Origin: Psammoneis japonica
Taxonomy: Eukaryota
NCBI GenBank assembly: GCA_008632985.1
Contig: QPGO01000184.1
Coordinates: 124,001 to 161,110 of the forward strand
Length of the DNA stretch: 37,110 nt
Reading direction: 5' to 3'
Below the pieces are notes generated by a model, which was not told the origin of the DNA, ran no database searches, and saw only the letters and a list, made by a program, of their open reading frames with translations. Numbering within the stretch: position 1 is the stretch's first letter; each line of letters starts with the position of its first letter. Below, one piece after another: positions 12,050 through 23,289 of this stretch. Made by a program: the position numbers and the translations under genes.

Positions 12050-15000
12050 GGACGCTCTGCACAGATGATCAGGAGAAATCAGGGTTTCACCCAGCCCAGG
12101 GCAGTGAAACATCGGAGTGTCGCACTCGCGATTGTCCATGTCACAGATGGTGCACATGCCCACACCCAGCACTGTGAGTGTGGTGTTGGACGCGGATGCT
12201 GTGCTCGTGGGTTTGGGATTCGTAAATTGGTGGCAGCTGGCAAGCAGGTGTCATTGGGATGTTGCACTGCAGTTGGCTCCAGTGTCCGTCTGCCCGGATG
12301 CTTCCACTGGAGAGTCCGGAGCAAGTTTCCCAACACTGGCATGGTGAAAGGTGGGCAGCAACGCGGTTTCATGTTCCAGTGCCAGAGCCATGGAAAGCGC
12401 AATGGCAGGAGGAGTGACTGACTCCATGGACTCAAATTTTGTGGCAAAGTGGTGGAGAGCAGCCTGAGGATCTTTGGCAAAATCCTCGACCGCCGCAGCC
12501 CATGACTCGTCTGACAGGGAAAGCGAGTCATTGTCCGGCATCAAGTGCAATGTCATGGAATCCGAATCCGTGCTGGCAAGATCGGGAGGGCAGCCGGAAT
12601 GACTCCAGTCTGGGAGCTGGTCAAAGCAGGGGATGCTGGATGCGAAAGAGCAACAATTGAGGGAGGGATCGGAGAGTCAGCAGAAGGCAGAGACGATGAA
12701 TCATCCCAATCATCTGCCCCGCAGCCATTGGCAAGCCGTTCACCACACAAGGATGGAGCATGTGGCCGGCTCACAGAAAATCCGGAGGTGCGTTTGATTC
12801 AAACAGGAGGTCCGAGGCCGTTTGATCCATCACACAGTCGACAATGTCATTGGAGATGTCCGCCGCAAATGGATGGGCAGTCAGGCATGGTGTGTCCTTG
12901 CAACGTTTGTTGTGGGAATGCCATTTAGAGACAACAGACACAACTTTCTCTGTGTTGACCTTGACAAAATCCAACAGCAAAGCAGTGCGGGCCAGATTGG
13001 TGCAGTTGTGATGACTGTGGCTGTGCGCTCCACAAGCATCACAAATGAGATCCTTCCGGGGCTGGAGTGGGGTGTGCTGTCGATCCGGCAAAGCAGACTG
13101 GCGGCCGCGAGATGGTCGGCCGCGGAACGCACTCAAAGATCCCGTTGGGTTGGCATTCGCAGCAAGCCTGGGGTCAATCTGTGTGATGAGAGAGACCAGG
13201 TGCAGATCATGGGGCAAGGGAGTGGAGTCCCCAATCTCATTCAGATGGTGTTTGAGGAGGAGAGCCGGTTTGCACATGCTGGCCGGTGCAGCCTCCAGCA
13301 ATTTTAGAGACTTCTGGTGACGGGCTCCAGTCCCAGGTGGGACTTTTTGTGACATTTGCCCCGTGGAATTCTGCGTGCGAGCTCTGCAGTTCGCACTCTG
13401 GTCAATGGACACATTTGTCTTCGACATGAAACAAACGGCCAAGTTTGCAGTGCATGTGTCTCTGTTCGCACTCGAAGTTTTGGACAATGCGCCTGCCCCA
13501 CGCCATTCTTAAGACACTCGAGAATGGTGTAGAAGAAAAAAATGTTAAAAGTTGTTGAATGGATCGCCTGATGATTGCACTGTAAAATGATGCAAAATTT
13601 TGCCAAAATCACGTAGAAATGTGCGCGCGCGACATGCGACGCGATTCAAAAAACTGTCGATGTCACAGTTCAGCAGTGCGAGGTCCCACCCAGACCTGGA
13701 ACGTGTCTGGCATTCTGAGCAGGCCGGGGGTGCAGTGGGATCCATCTTGGCATGTGAGGCTTCAACGGCATTGAAGCAAATGGTGAATTCTGCCACAAGC
13801 TCACACAGGTCGCCCTTCCAGGATGGGTTGTTGACCACTTTGCCCATCAGGGGTGGAAGTCCAAGAGCCGCAAGGTGATTGAGCATCGCAAAACCATCCA
13901 TCGATGCTGTGTGTGTCTTTTTCCATCCGTCGTACAAATGGTGATCCAGAAGTGCGTCGTCCTGCACCAATTTGGAGCACACCTCAATCGCATTGCATTG
14001 ATGATGGGATGCACTCATTGACATCGGGTTTCAGAAGTCGGGCTTCTCACGAGTGAGAGTGCCCGAATCCTGGATGGGAACATGGGCCTGGGTGCACCGT
14101 GCACACACACCTTTGAGAAACAGTGCGATGTCGTTGGGTTCCATGGAATGGAGAAAGGGGCCAGGGGTCTCATGGAAGGTTTTGGAGTCATGGCATCGTT
14201 CCGATGAGGAGGCCGGTTTGCTCGTGGCAGCATGATTGGTGCCACCAACCGGGGCTGCTGGAGATGTTGTGGGATCGGGCAAGGTCACGAGACGATTGGC
14301 GATGTTGTCCAATGAAGAAGTGATGCGTCCCGTGTCCGTTGGTCCAGGATCCGGGGTGGTGGGTGATGAGGTTGCCGTCAGATTTGACAACTCCGATCAA
14401 CATTTGCCCAGTTCCTTCTGAACCCCAGCTGCTGCATGCCGAGCAGCTTCAGATGCATCATTGGCATGTTTGATCTTGCCGGCGTGCACCTGAGTGGCAT
14501 CCTGTTGCAAGGTCAGCTGAGCCTGGAGTCCGTCCAAATTGTCCTTCAGCACATCCGCCAGGTGGTCCTTTGTGACACATTGGTGTCCCATGGCCAGAGC
14601 AGACGAGGTGACCGCAGAAGAGGTCACAGTGGCATGTTCACAGTCTTCCAAGAGGGCCGCCATGGCATTGGCCACAGCAAAGCCATTTTGAATGATCTGC
14701 TCAGTGGCATTCTTGGTGGAGTCCAATCGGGCGAGTGTGATGTCCAGGTCATCCGTTTGAAGTTTAACATCATGCTCAACCCGGGCCTGGAACTTTTTGC
14801 GGGTTGCACCGATGTGGTCTCCCACAGCACGGATGGCTTCTGAAGTGGCTGATTCCAGTCGGCTGGTTTGTTCCACCACAAAAGACACCACATCATTGCA
14901 CGCAGTTGTCATTGTAGAACGGATGCGTTCGAGGATCACAGCTTCCACTGCTTCGTAAACCGGAACAATCTTCTGGTCAAGAGCTTCCAGGAATTGGGCA

Positions 15001-15737
15001 TCACGTGTCGCCAAAGCTTCGTTGGCCGCATCTCCAGCCAAAGCAATGGCTTCATCCGCAGTTGCTTTCAGCTGGGTCTGAACCTCAGCACGCAGGAGCT
15101 CGAAATCATGAGCATGTTTGAGGTCCGTGATGGCCGAGGCATGATTGTTCATGACCAAACGGAGTTTGCACAGCTCCCGCTTTAGCTTGGAAACCTCTTC
15201 CGCAGACACATCCAGTGCCCGCTTGTGTTCGTGGATGCAGGCAACAGCTGATGCAAGACCACGCTCACACGTCTTGAGAAGAGCCTGTGTCGATGTCAGA
15301 GGAGAGTGTGGAGAGTCGGGAGGTTCCTCAGGTGGCAGGGGAGCACCAGCAGGCGTGTGAGGCCATTCAGGAGGTGGGGTGGGCGGCAAGCGTGGAGGCA
15401 AGTTTGGGAGCACTGGCAGTGTTGGCTGCTCCAACACAGAGGCGGCGGTGTCCTTCTGTTCAGGACTCGCATCAGCTTCCGGAGCAGTGACATTCACTGT
15501 GAGTGTGGCTTCAGCCTCAATTGCCTCCTCTGCCGTGGGTGTGTCATGAGGCACCGAAGTGTCCTCTGCTGTTGCGTCGCCAGCAGATGCAAGGTTGGTC
15601 TCCACCGGAGGAGGAGAGGCTGGGGAGTTGTCGGCCAACACAGGCGACACAGCAGCCTGGAGTGACGACAGAGTGTTCTGCCAAGAGGATGCCGTTTTCG
15701 AACGGGCACTGTTGGCAGGCGCCATGGTGAGCGACAA
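12050..15737 (-). pseudogene. Copia gag-protease region, fragmented
   Basis: ORFs 14397-15737, 14031-14390, 13545-14024 and 12771-13487 (zinc-knuckle CDACGAHSHSHHNC), 12251-12556 (protease DTGAN) and LISPDHLC. Confidence 0.8.
13319..13707. mobile_element. Non-autonomous TIR element (MITE), copy 2, 389 bp, inserted in Copia gag
   Basis: Homologous end to end with 915-1304; TSD TGGT (13315-13318) / TGGC (13708-13711); excision restores the gag frame SE[Y]QKSLKLL. Confidence 0.88.
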
Positions 15738-15974
15738 TGAAAATAAAAATCAATGTCGTTCCACCATGCAGGGGCAGCATGTGTCGGATCTCCATGGCAT
15801 GGGCAACGGCAATGGCGTGAATCAGTGTCCGACATGCGGACATTGTTGTCGTCAATGGAGCGGCAAAGTTTAAGATGCAAACGCTCTCTGCCGGTGTTGT
15901 TGACAACAAAACGAGAGGAAAATGTGTTGTCGGCAGTGGCAGAGGAGCCTTGCTTGCACGTCTGTGCAAGCGTT

Positions 15975-15984
15975 GCTCACAACC
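15975..15984 (-). promoter_or_regulatory. Copia primer-binding site
   Basis: GGTTGTGAGC immediately after the 5' LTR CA end; equals the Copia-type GGTTATGRGC PBS with one TA->TG change. Confidence 0.7.
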
Positions 15985-16031
15985 TGATGGAGATCCCTGT
16001 GTCCAAGCAGGAATGACATGAACCACTGAGA
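15985..16031 (-). repeat. Copia 5' LTR (47 bp)
   Basis: TGATGGAGATCCCTGTGTCCAAGCAGGAATGACATGAACCACTGAGA aligns without gaps to 8705-8751. Confidence 0.8.
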
Positions 16032-16098
16032 ATTTTTGCTCTCAATTCTCTCACAATCTTTTCTTTGACCTGGAAAGCAACACAGTCAAGACATCACC

Positions 16099-16930
16099 AT
16101 GATTGCCTTCATGAAGAACCTTGTTGTCATCTCCCTTGGCATTGCTGCCGGTGCCATGAGCGCTGGTCCCTTTGCCCGCCCGCTTTCGGCTGTCTTTGAC
16201 GCAACGGTGCAAGGTGCATCGATTGCTGAGAAAGCAAGTCAAGATGTGCTTCGCAGTGCTTTGGCTGCGACCACAATTTGTGCGCCGATCGAAAGCCATG
16301 ACGACTCCTTCATCCGCCTCCAGAACATCCTGTGCAACACCACACCCACGAGCATGCCCATTGAAGCTCAAATCAGGTCGAGCATTCATTGTGTGTCTTT
16401 TTTGACCACAAGGACTTCAACTCCACCATTCTTCACAACGCCATTCGAAACTGCACGCCTGCGGACGACATGCCAGTTGATGCTCTGAAAGCCTCGAGCT
16501 CTGTTTGCCAGCCCTCCTTCGACCTGTCCTTCAAGCACGAAATCAATTTGTCCGGCTGTTTTCAAAATGTCCTTCGAGAGAAAGCACCTGCCACAATGAT
16601 TGCCATCCAGACATTTTCCGAGACCACGTTGAGGATTCACACTGCATTCCATGAGTTCTCTTTGAGGACCAAGACTGTTCGTGAAACCGCTTCAAGCTGG
16701 CACAAGATCATCCACAACTCCTTGAAGACCATTGTCACAAGGGCATGAGCTCAGGCTTGCATTTGGAAAGAATGTATGATGATGCCGTTTCAGATGCCAA
16801 GATTGTTGTCAGAATGTTGGTGGACGAAAATTCAAGAAACAACAAATGGCTTTGTCACACTTGTTCAAACTCAGGCTTGCATTCTGCATGAAAAATGTGG
16901 GGCGATGCCGATTCGGACGCCAAAATTGTT
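16099..16930 (+). pseudogene. Decayed unknown gene with a hydrophobic N-terminus; part is repeated at 1-66
   Basis: Consecutive ORFs 16099-16488, 16389-16748 and 16776-16973; 16861-16926 aligns with 1-66. Confidence 0.35.
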
Positions 16931-17080
16931 CTGTTTGCCCACGAAGAGTGGGACGACCACATGGCTCTGCTGAGTGCGTAGATTCTCCACCTGCAGGGGT
17001 GGCGGGTCTGGAGCCGTTGCCGGCTCCAGATGAAAAGGCTCTCGGCAGTCGGTCCCCGAACCGATGCCGCTGCTGAATTC

Positions 17081-19342
17081 TCACTCGGTTTTCCAATGCT
17101 CCGTGGCCCACTCAAGGAGCGCAGCCTGCTCTGCATCGGTGTGGCGTCCGTGATGGTCATTGCAGGAACCACAACAGGTGTTGCATTGCCCCTCAATGTG
17201 GCAGGGGAGGCAACGGGCAGCACCATTTGAGTCAATGGGCAAGGCAATGTTGTTGCGAGCGCACCGCTGCTTGACATCACGAGAGTGCACGTTTGGGCGG
17301 TCACGAACGGCAGAAAAATGGTCATTGCAGTTTTCATTGCAAACAATGGAATTGTCGCCCAGAGTCTGAGCTTGCCCAGCAGGTGAGGGTGCAGGTGCTT
17401 GGGCCGATCCCGGATGCTGAAGCGGTTTCGTCGGGCCGCATGTTGGTGGGCCTTGAGGTCGAACGGCAATCGGCAGCAGACGCTGCCAATTCATGGTGCC
17501 CTTGGCCGCCTCGTAGATGACATTCTTGGGTGTGACTGGAACAGGATTGTGCATGGATTCTTGATCTTTAAACCAATGATGGATTTCGATCTGGACACAG
17601 CGCTGGAAATCTGCAGGCAGCGCAGGGTGATGCGTCATCTGCAGTGCAAGATCGTTGGCACAAATGTCCAAGGAGCGGTGAAGGTCCATGAGGTGATGGA
17701 CGACCGGGTGGGTGGCGCCCAAGGCCGCAGACAGGACCACCTGGAGTCCATCAAGTGAATGTTGGACCACCTGCATGGTGGTGGCAACCTTCGCATCGTC
17801 CGGTGCTTCAAGGACCACAGTGTCGGACAGGGAGGACGTGCCCATTCCACCGTGAATCTGGCGACACATGGCCACACAGTGTGCCATCTGTTCCGCCTGT
17901 TGAGGAGTGGTGAGTCCGAAAATGAAAGGATTGACACCTTGGGTGAGGTCATCTTTATTGTGTCTGGCCAATGAGAGTTGAACGAGCTTGGTGACCATGC
18001 TGACTGAGATTGGAACCTCAAAGCACACGTTTTGTGCCTGGCGTTGCTCATCCACAGCATTCTGCACTGTGGCGATCCATCCAGTCTTGGGTGCAGTGGC
18101 CAAACGTTGCCACAAGGGCAGAAGCTGATTCTCTTGATGCACCTGGCACAATCTCATGAGTTTTGTGACACCGTGTTCTCCACAGAACTGCGTCCAAGCG
18201 CTGTTGCCATTGTTCCGCGGTGAGGTTGTCAACAGCGCGAATGACTGGCTGGAACTGCGGGACACCGGCGCAGCCAGTGCCTTGAATCCAGGAAGGTCGT
18301 GATGCACACGTTGGTCAAAAAAACGAATCAGGTGCTCGTTGGGCGGTTGCGGGAGAGTGGGCCACTCCGTGCAAACCGCCGACTCCTCGCCATTGGCTTG
18401 CATTGCGACACATGCAACGCGAAGAAAATCCAGAAGTGCCCGGCAATTGGCCACTTTGTTTGCTGTGTCAAGCGCTCCATGTGCGCAAGTGCACGCCTCC
18501 TCAGGGGTCAACGGAGGCTCTGGCAGGAGCAGCTTGACCAAATCGAAAGGTGCGGACATGGTTCCTCTCGTCCGTGCCTCCTCCGAGTCTGCGTCGTGCG
18601 CTGATGCAGCCGGGTGTGACCCATCGGGCACAGCGGCAATGTGGGTTGCTGGTGCCGCATCAGCAGGAACCCAAGTCCCTGGTGCGGCCAACGCAAAATG
18701 TGCATCCGGGAAAGTTGCAACGGTGTGCTGTCCTCGGCGTGGGTCGCCGACGATCGCGAACTTCCGACCATCCCATGGCTGGGGTGGCCCTGCGACCGTG
18801 GTTAGATGCTGAGCAATGCAATGGCAGATTTGGATGCGGCCCGGATCTGCCGCGTTTGCATTGGGGTCGCGGCAATGGAGTGCCATGGCCATGGGCACAT
18901 TGTGCGTCGAGGCAGCCGCGACTCGTTCCGCAAGTGCGTTCGCCCCGTGCCTTGCATTGCCATTTACAACTGCCACAAAATCCAACATCGGATCGGCGCA
19001 TTCACCGCCGTGCGGATCATTGTTGGTCGTGGAGTGGCATGCCTGGCATGTGTCGATGACCGGCATCGGCAAGGGCACCATCGGTGGCTGTTGGGGCGGT
19101 GCGGCGACTGGCTGCACTGGTGGGGGTGGTGCTCCAGCTCCTCCTGGAACCGGGTGAACTGGTGGGGCTGGTTGGGCTGCCCCTGGTTGCGGTGCAACGT
19201 GTGCATGAGGTGCCGTGGCTTGTGCCGGTTGACCTCCCGCATTCGGGTTCGCCACTGGTGGCGGTCCTTGTCCTGCTCCTGGTGGTGGCAGCACGTTTGC
19301 CACAATGAACACAGTGTCCCTGCGAGCGAACACAACAAACAA
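17081..19342 (-). mobile_element. Gag-like ORF1 of a probable tyrosine-recombinase (DIRS/Ngaro-like) retroelement; downstream pol absent
   Basis: 753-aa ORF with a Pro/Ala-rich N-terminus and C-terminal CCCH-like finger CLP[C]HIEGQCNTCCGSCNDH; 1 Tyr in total; family assignment is from recall only. Confidence 0.5.
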
Positions 19343-19518
19343 TGTGGCTGAAGGTGTCCTCAGCCTCGAGACAGCGATTAAAACTGTCTGGTTGTTGCTT
19401 TGCTCTTCGGAAGAATGAGAGGTGCAACGGGGAAAACAATCGTCCCGAGGTCAGAGGGTCATTTTCAACGGTTTTTCTGTGGGGTGACGATGACCAACGG
19501 TCACAGGCCCCCCTCTCG

Positions 19519-19682
19519 TGCAAGGTCTAACGAGACAAAGACTTTTTAGTGATGACAAAATTGTGAGTGAAAGACCGAGGTAACGAGGGTCGCTTTCAGC
19601 GAAGCCCGTTACAACGGCTTCCGTTACATCTAATAGATTCATCAATGCCATGCATCAGAAAAATAGGGTGCGAGACACTGCA
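19519..19682 (-). repeat. Gypsy 3' LTR (164 bp)
   Basis: Direct repeat of 24745-24906, next to the PPT. Confidence 0.95.
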
Positions 19683-19885
19683 CTCTTCCCTTCCATGATT
19701 CGAGTGTCGAGAATCATGCGGGACTCAAAAATTTTCAAATTCCAATGGATGAGGATAGAAGGGAAACCCAAATGTTGGGGAGAAAACCCTTGACCTCAGG
19801 TGCGATGCGGTACGACGCGACGAACATTCAATCGTTCTGTCACATGAGGTGCACGTTGGACCGCAATCGTGCCGTTGGCGTGTGC

Positions 19886-21273
19886 TCAAACGATGGGATG
19901 TGGACCGTGAGCTCGTGGTTCGAGCTTGGTGGGATCGACAGACTTGAGTAGAACGTGTCCACCAACTTGAAAATCGCAGGATCGGCGTTCAGCGTTGGCT
20001 CGACGGAGATTCGCATTAACAATCGCTTGTCGGTGTTCTTGAATGGCAGCAAGATCGGCTAGGACCGGCAAGTCAAGAATCACATCACGTTGAAAAACCA
20101 TGGCACCGGGTGAAATCTTGAGAGCACGAGAAACCGCACATCGCATTGCATGCATGGCGGTTGCCAATGCATTGTCCACCAGTTGATTGGCCTGCTCAAC
20201 ATTCTGTGGAGGATGAACATGAAGCAAAGTGCGCAAGATGTTTCCAACAGTTTGATGCATGCGCTCGCATGCCGCATTGGCTTGTGGATTTCGCGACGTG
20301 GTCGGAGCGTCTTCCACTCCCGCTTGTTGCAATGGCAATTGGAAGTCCTCTCCAATGAATTCTCCACCATTGTCATGGATGCAACGGTCAGGACGAGGAT
20401 AACGAGACAACCAACAATTTTCAAATTGTTGGGCAATGTGAGACGAGGTTTTGTTTTCGATGCGAATGAGTTCAGTCACATTTGAAACGGCATCAATGCA
20501 AGTCAAAGCGTTGAATTCGATTTCATGGTTTTGAATTTCAATCTTCCAGGGACCGATGAGATCAACCGCAACTTCCGTCCATGGCAACAAAGGCGCTTCT
20601 CGTTCAGGCAGGTCCCCACATCCAGGGCCCAAAGTTTTCAAACGTTGACAATCAGCACAATGAAATCCTTCACAGGATTGACGAAGGGCAGGATGATGGA
20701 AATGTGCACCAACAGTGGAATGCATTCGGTGCACTCCTGCATGTCCCAAATTCTGTGATGCCATCGCATGACATCATGCAGCAATGCCGTTGGAACACAA
20801 ATTTTCCACGCAGTCGGAGGATCATTCGGTTGAGCACGACAACAAATTACAGGACGCTGATTCACACATTCCACCACGAAGCGTTCTGGATGTTGTTGTC
20901 GCATGTTGTTCAGCTCCACGTCGATGAATTGGTGTTCTTGAATTCGTTGCACAGTTGCAGGGTTTTGCATTTCCTTGAGAGAAGGACAGTTCAAAAATGA
21001 TTCACACAATTCGGGGTCATCCACGACAGAAGAGTAAAATGGAGATGGTTCTTCACGACGACAGGAAAAATGAGACACACGGTTTTGGTCGTCCAGTTCT
21101 TCTTCATGCGGCAGCATGGCAGGGTCGATCGCCTTAAAATCAATCAGTTTGCCCTTGTCAGGAGCACACTTCCCTTCCGCAGGAGGGTCCACACGCGGCA
21201 ATCTTGAAAAACAATCCGCCAAGAGGTTGTCTTTGCCATCAACGCATTCGAAAGTTGGGGCAAAATCTTCCAA
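19886..21273 (-). pseudogene. Gypsy pol: end of RNase H and integrase, frameshifted
   Basis: GKDNLLADCFSRL, HHCC remnant HAGVHRM...CEGFHCADCQ, VAVDLIGPW, IHDNGGEF, NPQANAACERMH, LEPRAHGPH (GPY/F motif). Confidence 0.92.
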
Positions 21274-21294
21274 GAAGAGTCGCCACCTAAGAAC

Positions 21295-23277
21295 TCATTG
21301 AGAATTGAGCGCACGAAAGGTGAGATTTTTATGATCTGTAAAAACAGTGCAGTCAGCTCTGAATGACATGCTCCGAAATTCTTTGAAACACATTGCCACC
21401 GCCAACAATTCCTTTTCAATCGTAGAGCAGTTCTGTCGTGCTGCGCTGAGTTTTTGGGACCAGCAAGCCACTGGTTTCCCGTCTTGCACAATTGCGGCTC
21501 CCATCTGACAGTCCGAAGAGTCAGCACAAATGTGGAATGGTTTGTTGTGATCCGGGCAGACCCAAAGGGTGTCGTCCAGCATCAAGGTTTTCACATCCTC
21601 AAAGGCTCGTTGACATTCAGTGGTCCATTCCAACTTGCTCTTGCCTGTCAACTTCGTGAGTGGAGCGAGCACGTGTGAGCGACGAGGCCACATGTTGCGA
21701 CAATGAGTTGCCGCACCGACAAACGATCGTAGTTGCGTCACAGTTTTAGGTGGTTGCATTCGTAGCACCGCTTCCACTTTCTTCTTCCACGGTCGGACTC
21801 CTGCAGGCGTGAGCCAATGGCCCAAAAAATCCGTCTCTTGGACACACCATTCGCACTTGAGTGGGTTAATTTTCAGGTTGTTCTCTTCTAGTCTGGACAA
21901 CAGCTCATCGAGTCGATGCACATGAGTGTCAAACGAATCATCAAATTGAGCAATGTCATCGATGTAAGTTTCAACATCGACTCCGTTTGCCACTTTTTCA
22001 ATGATGGCTTGAGCAACATCGGGAGAGGGTTTCAAACCCATGGCCAATCGACAGCATCGAAATTTTCCAAACGGAGTGACGATGGCACACAAATCCTTGG
22101 ATTCTTCGTCAAGTTTGACATGACAATAAAACACAGTGAGGTCCAATTTGGTCAAGCACTTGTGTCCCGAGCATCGGTGAATGACGTCTTGAATGATCGG
22201 CAGAGGACAGACCTTTCGCTTGAGCACCTTGTTCAACTCTCGAAAATCGGATGCCCATCGAACTCGTCCATCCTTTTTGGGAGTTGCAAAAGTTCCGGCT
22301 GCCCATTCAGTTGGTCCCACTGGTTCCAGCACGCCAATGTCACACAAATGCTGTGGTTCTTTCTTAAAAACGGCTTCATCCCTCTTGGGCACCTCATGAG
22401 CCTTAGAATGGAAGGGGACAGCATCAGGATCAACTTCCAAGTGAACAGTCTCATGCGGACATTTGCCAAGCGTTCCATCAAAGAGGGTTTCATGCTTTTC
22501 AAGCACTGCCTGTAGCTCATCACGTTGTTCTTGAGCCAAGTGAGTTTGAGCTTGCGCCACTTTTGCGGATGATGCTTTCTCGCATTTGGCGTCCATCATA
22601 AAAGATTGTCCGAAGGCTTCCTCATCGTCTTTGTCCTCTCCGTTGTCTTCCAGTGCATCCAACCAATTCTGAACTGAGTTCCAATGATTGGATTGCTTCA
22701 TTAGGATCGACGTTCCCAACCACTTTGTTGTTCCAAATCGAAAATCAAGCACGATTCCGGCCTCAGACAAAAAGTCTTGTCCCAAAATTGTGTCACACTT
22801 GCATGGGGTGTCAAAAACTTGAGCCGCAATGCTGTCGACTTGTTTTGACTTGTCAAATTCTGGCAATGTCAAGTCCTTCATAACAACGCATCGGGAGGAT
22901 TCATGTCATCCGGCTGCCGTCTGAAAGCTCAGCCGTCCTTCATCGTTCATGGTCGGATTCGCTCCCTTCGGCAAAACTCAAGAATGAACAAGAGTGTTGG
23001 CACCTCCTGAATCCAATGACACGCGTGACACTCGCTTGCTCTCTTGATTTTGAATGGCACGCGCCGCCATCAACGTCGTTGGCACCACATTCAATGGTTC
23101 AGGAGTCGCAGTTTTAGGGGTTGGTGCAGCGCACTCCAAAACGCCGCCCAATTTTTCTTCATTCACAGTGTAAGATTCCATCAGGTCTCCCACATTGTCA
23201 TCAACATTAAAACATGCATTTTCTTCACAATCAAACAAAACATAAAAAGATTGAGCGACACGCTCTGACTCGGGCAC
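21295..23277 (-). pseudogene. Gypsy pol: protease, RT and RNase H
   Basis: LDSGG, ILGQDFL, PKKDGRVRWASDFRELN, TYIDD, FLGHWLT, EKELLA, VFTDHKNL; 2 Tyr in the 528-aa ORF. Confidence 0.95.
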
Positions 23278-23289
23278 TTCCGTCCCTTG

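Larger units (their letters stand above)
8705..16031 (-). mobile_element. Ty1/Copia (CoDi-like) LTR retrotransposon, decayed, integrase missing, with two nested insertions
   Basis: 47-bp direct repeats at 8705-8751 and 15985-16031; TSD ATTTT at 8700-8704 and 16032-16036; PBS and PPT adjacent to the repeats; gag, protease (DTGAN), RT and RNase H remnants on the minus strand. Confidence 0.9.

Noticed and set aside
17081..22881. Alternative genetic code explaining Cys/His at Tyr positions
   Set aside because: Neighbouring intact genes use TAY Tyr codons normally, and non-coding repeats show the same TA loss.
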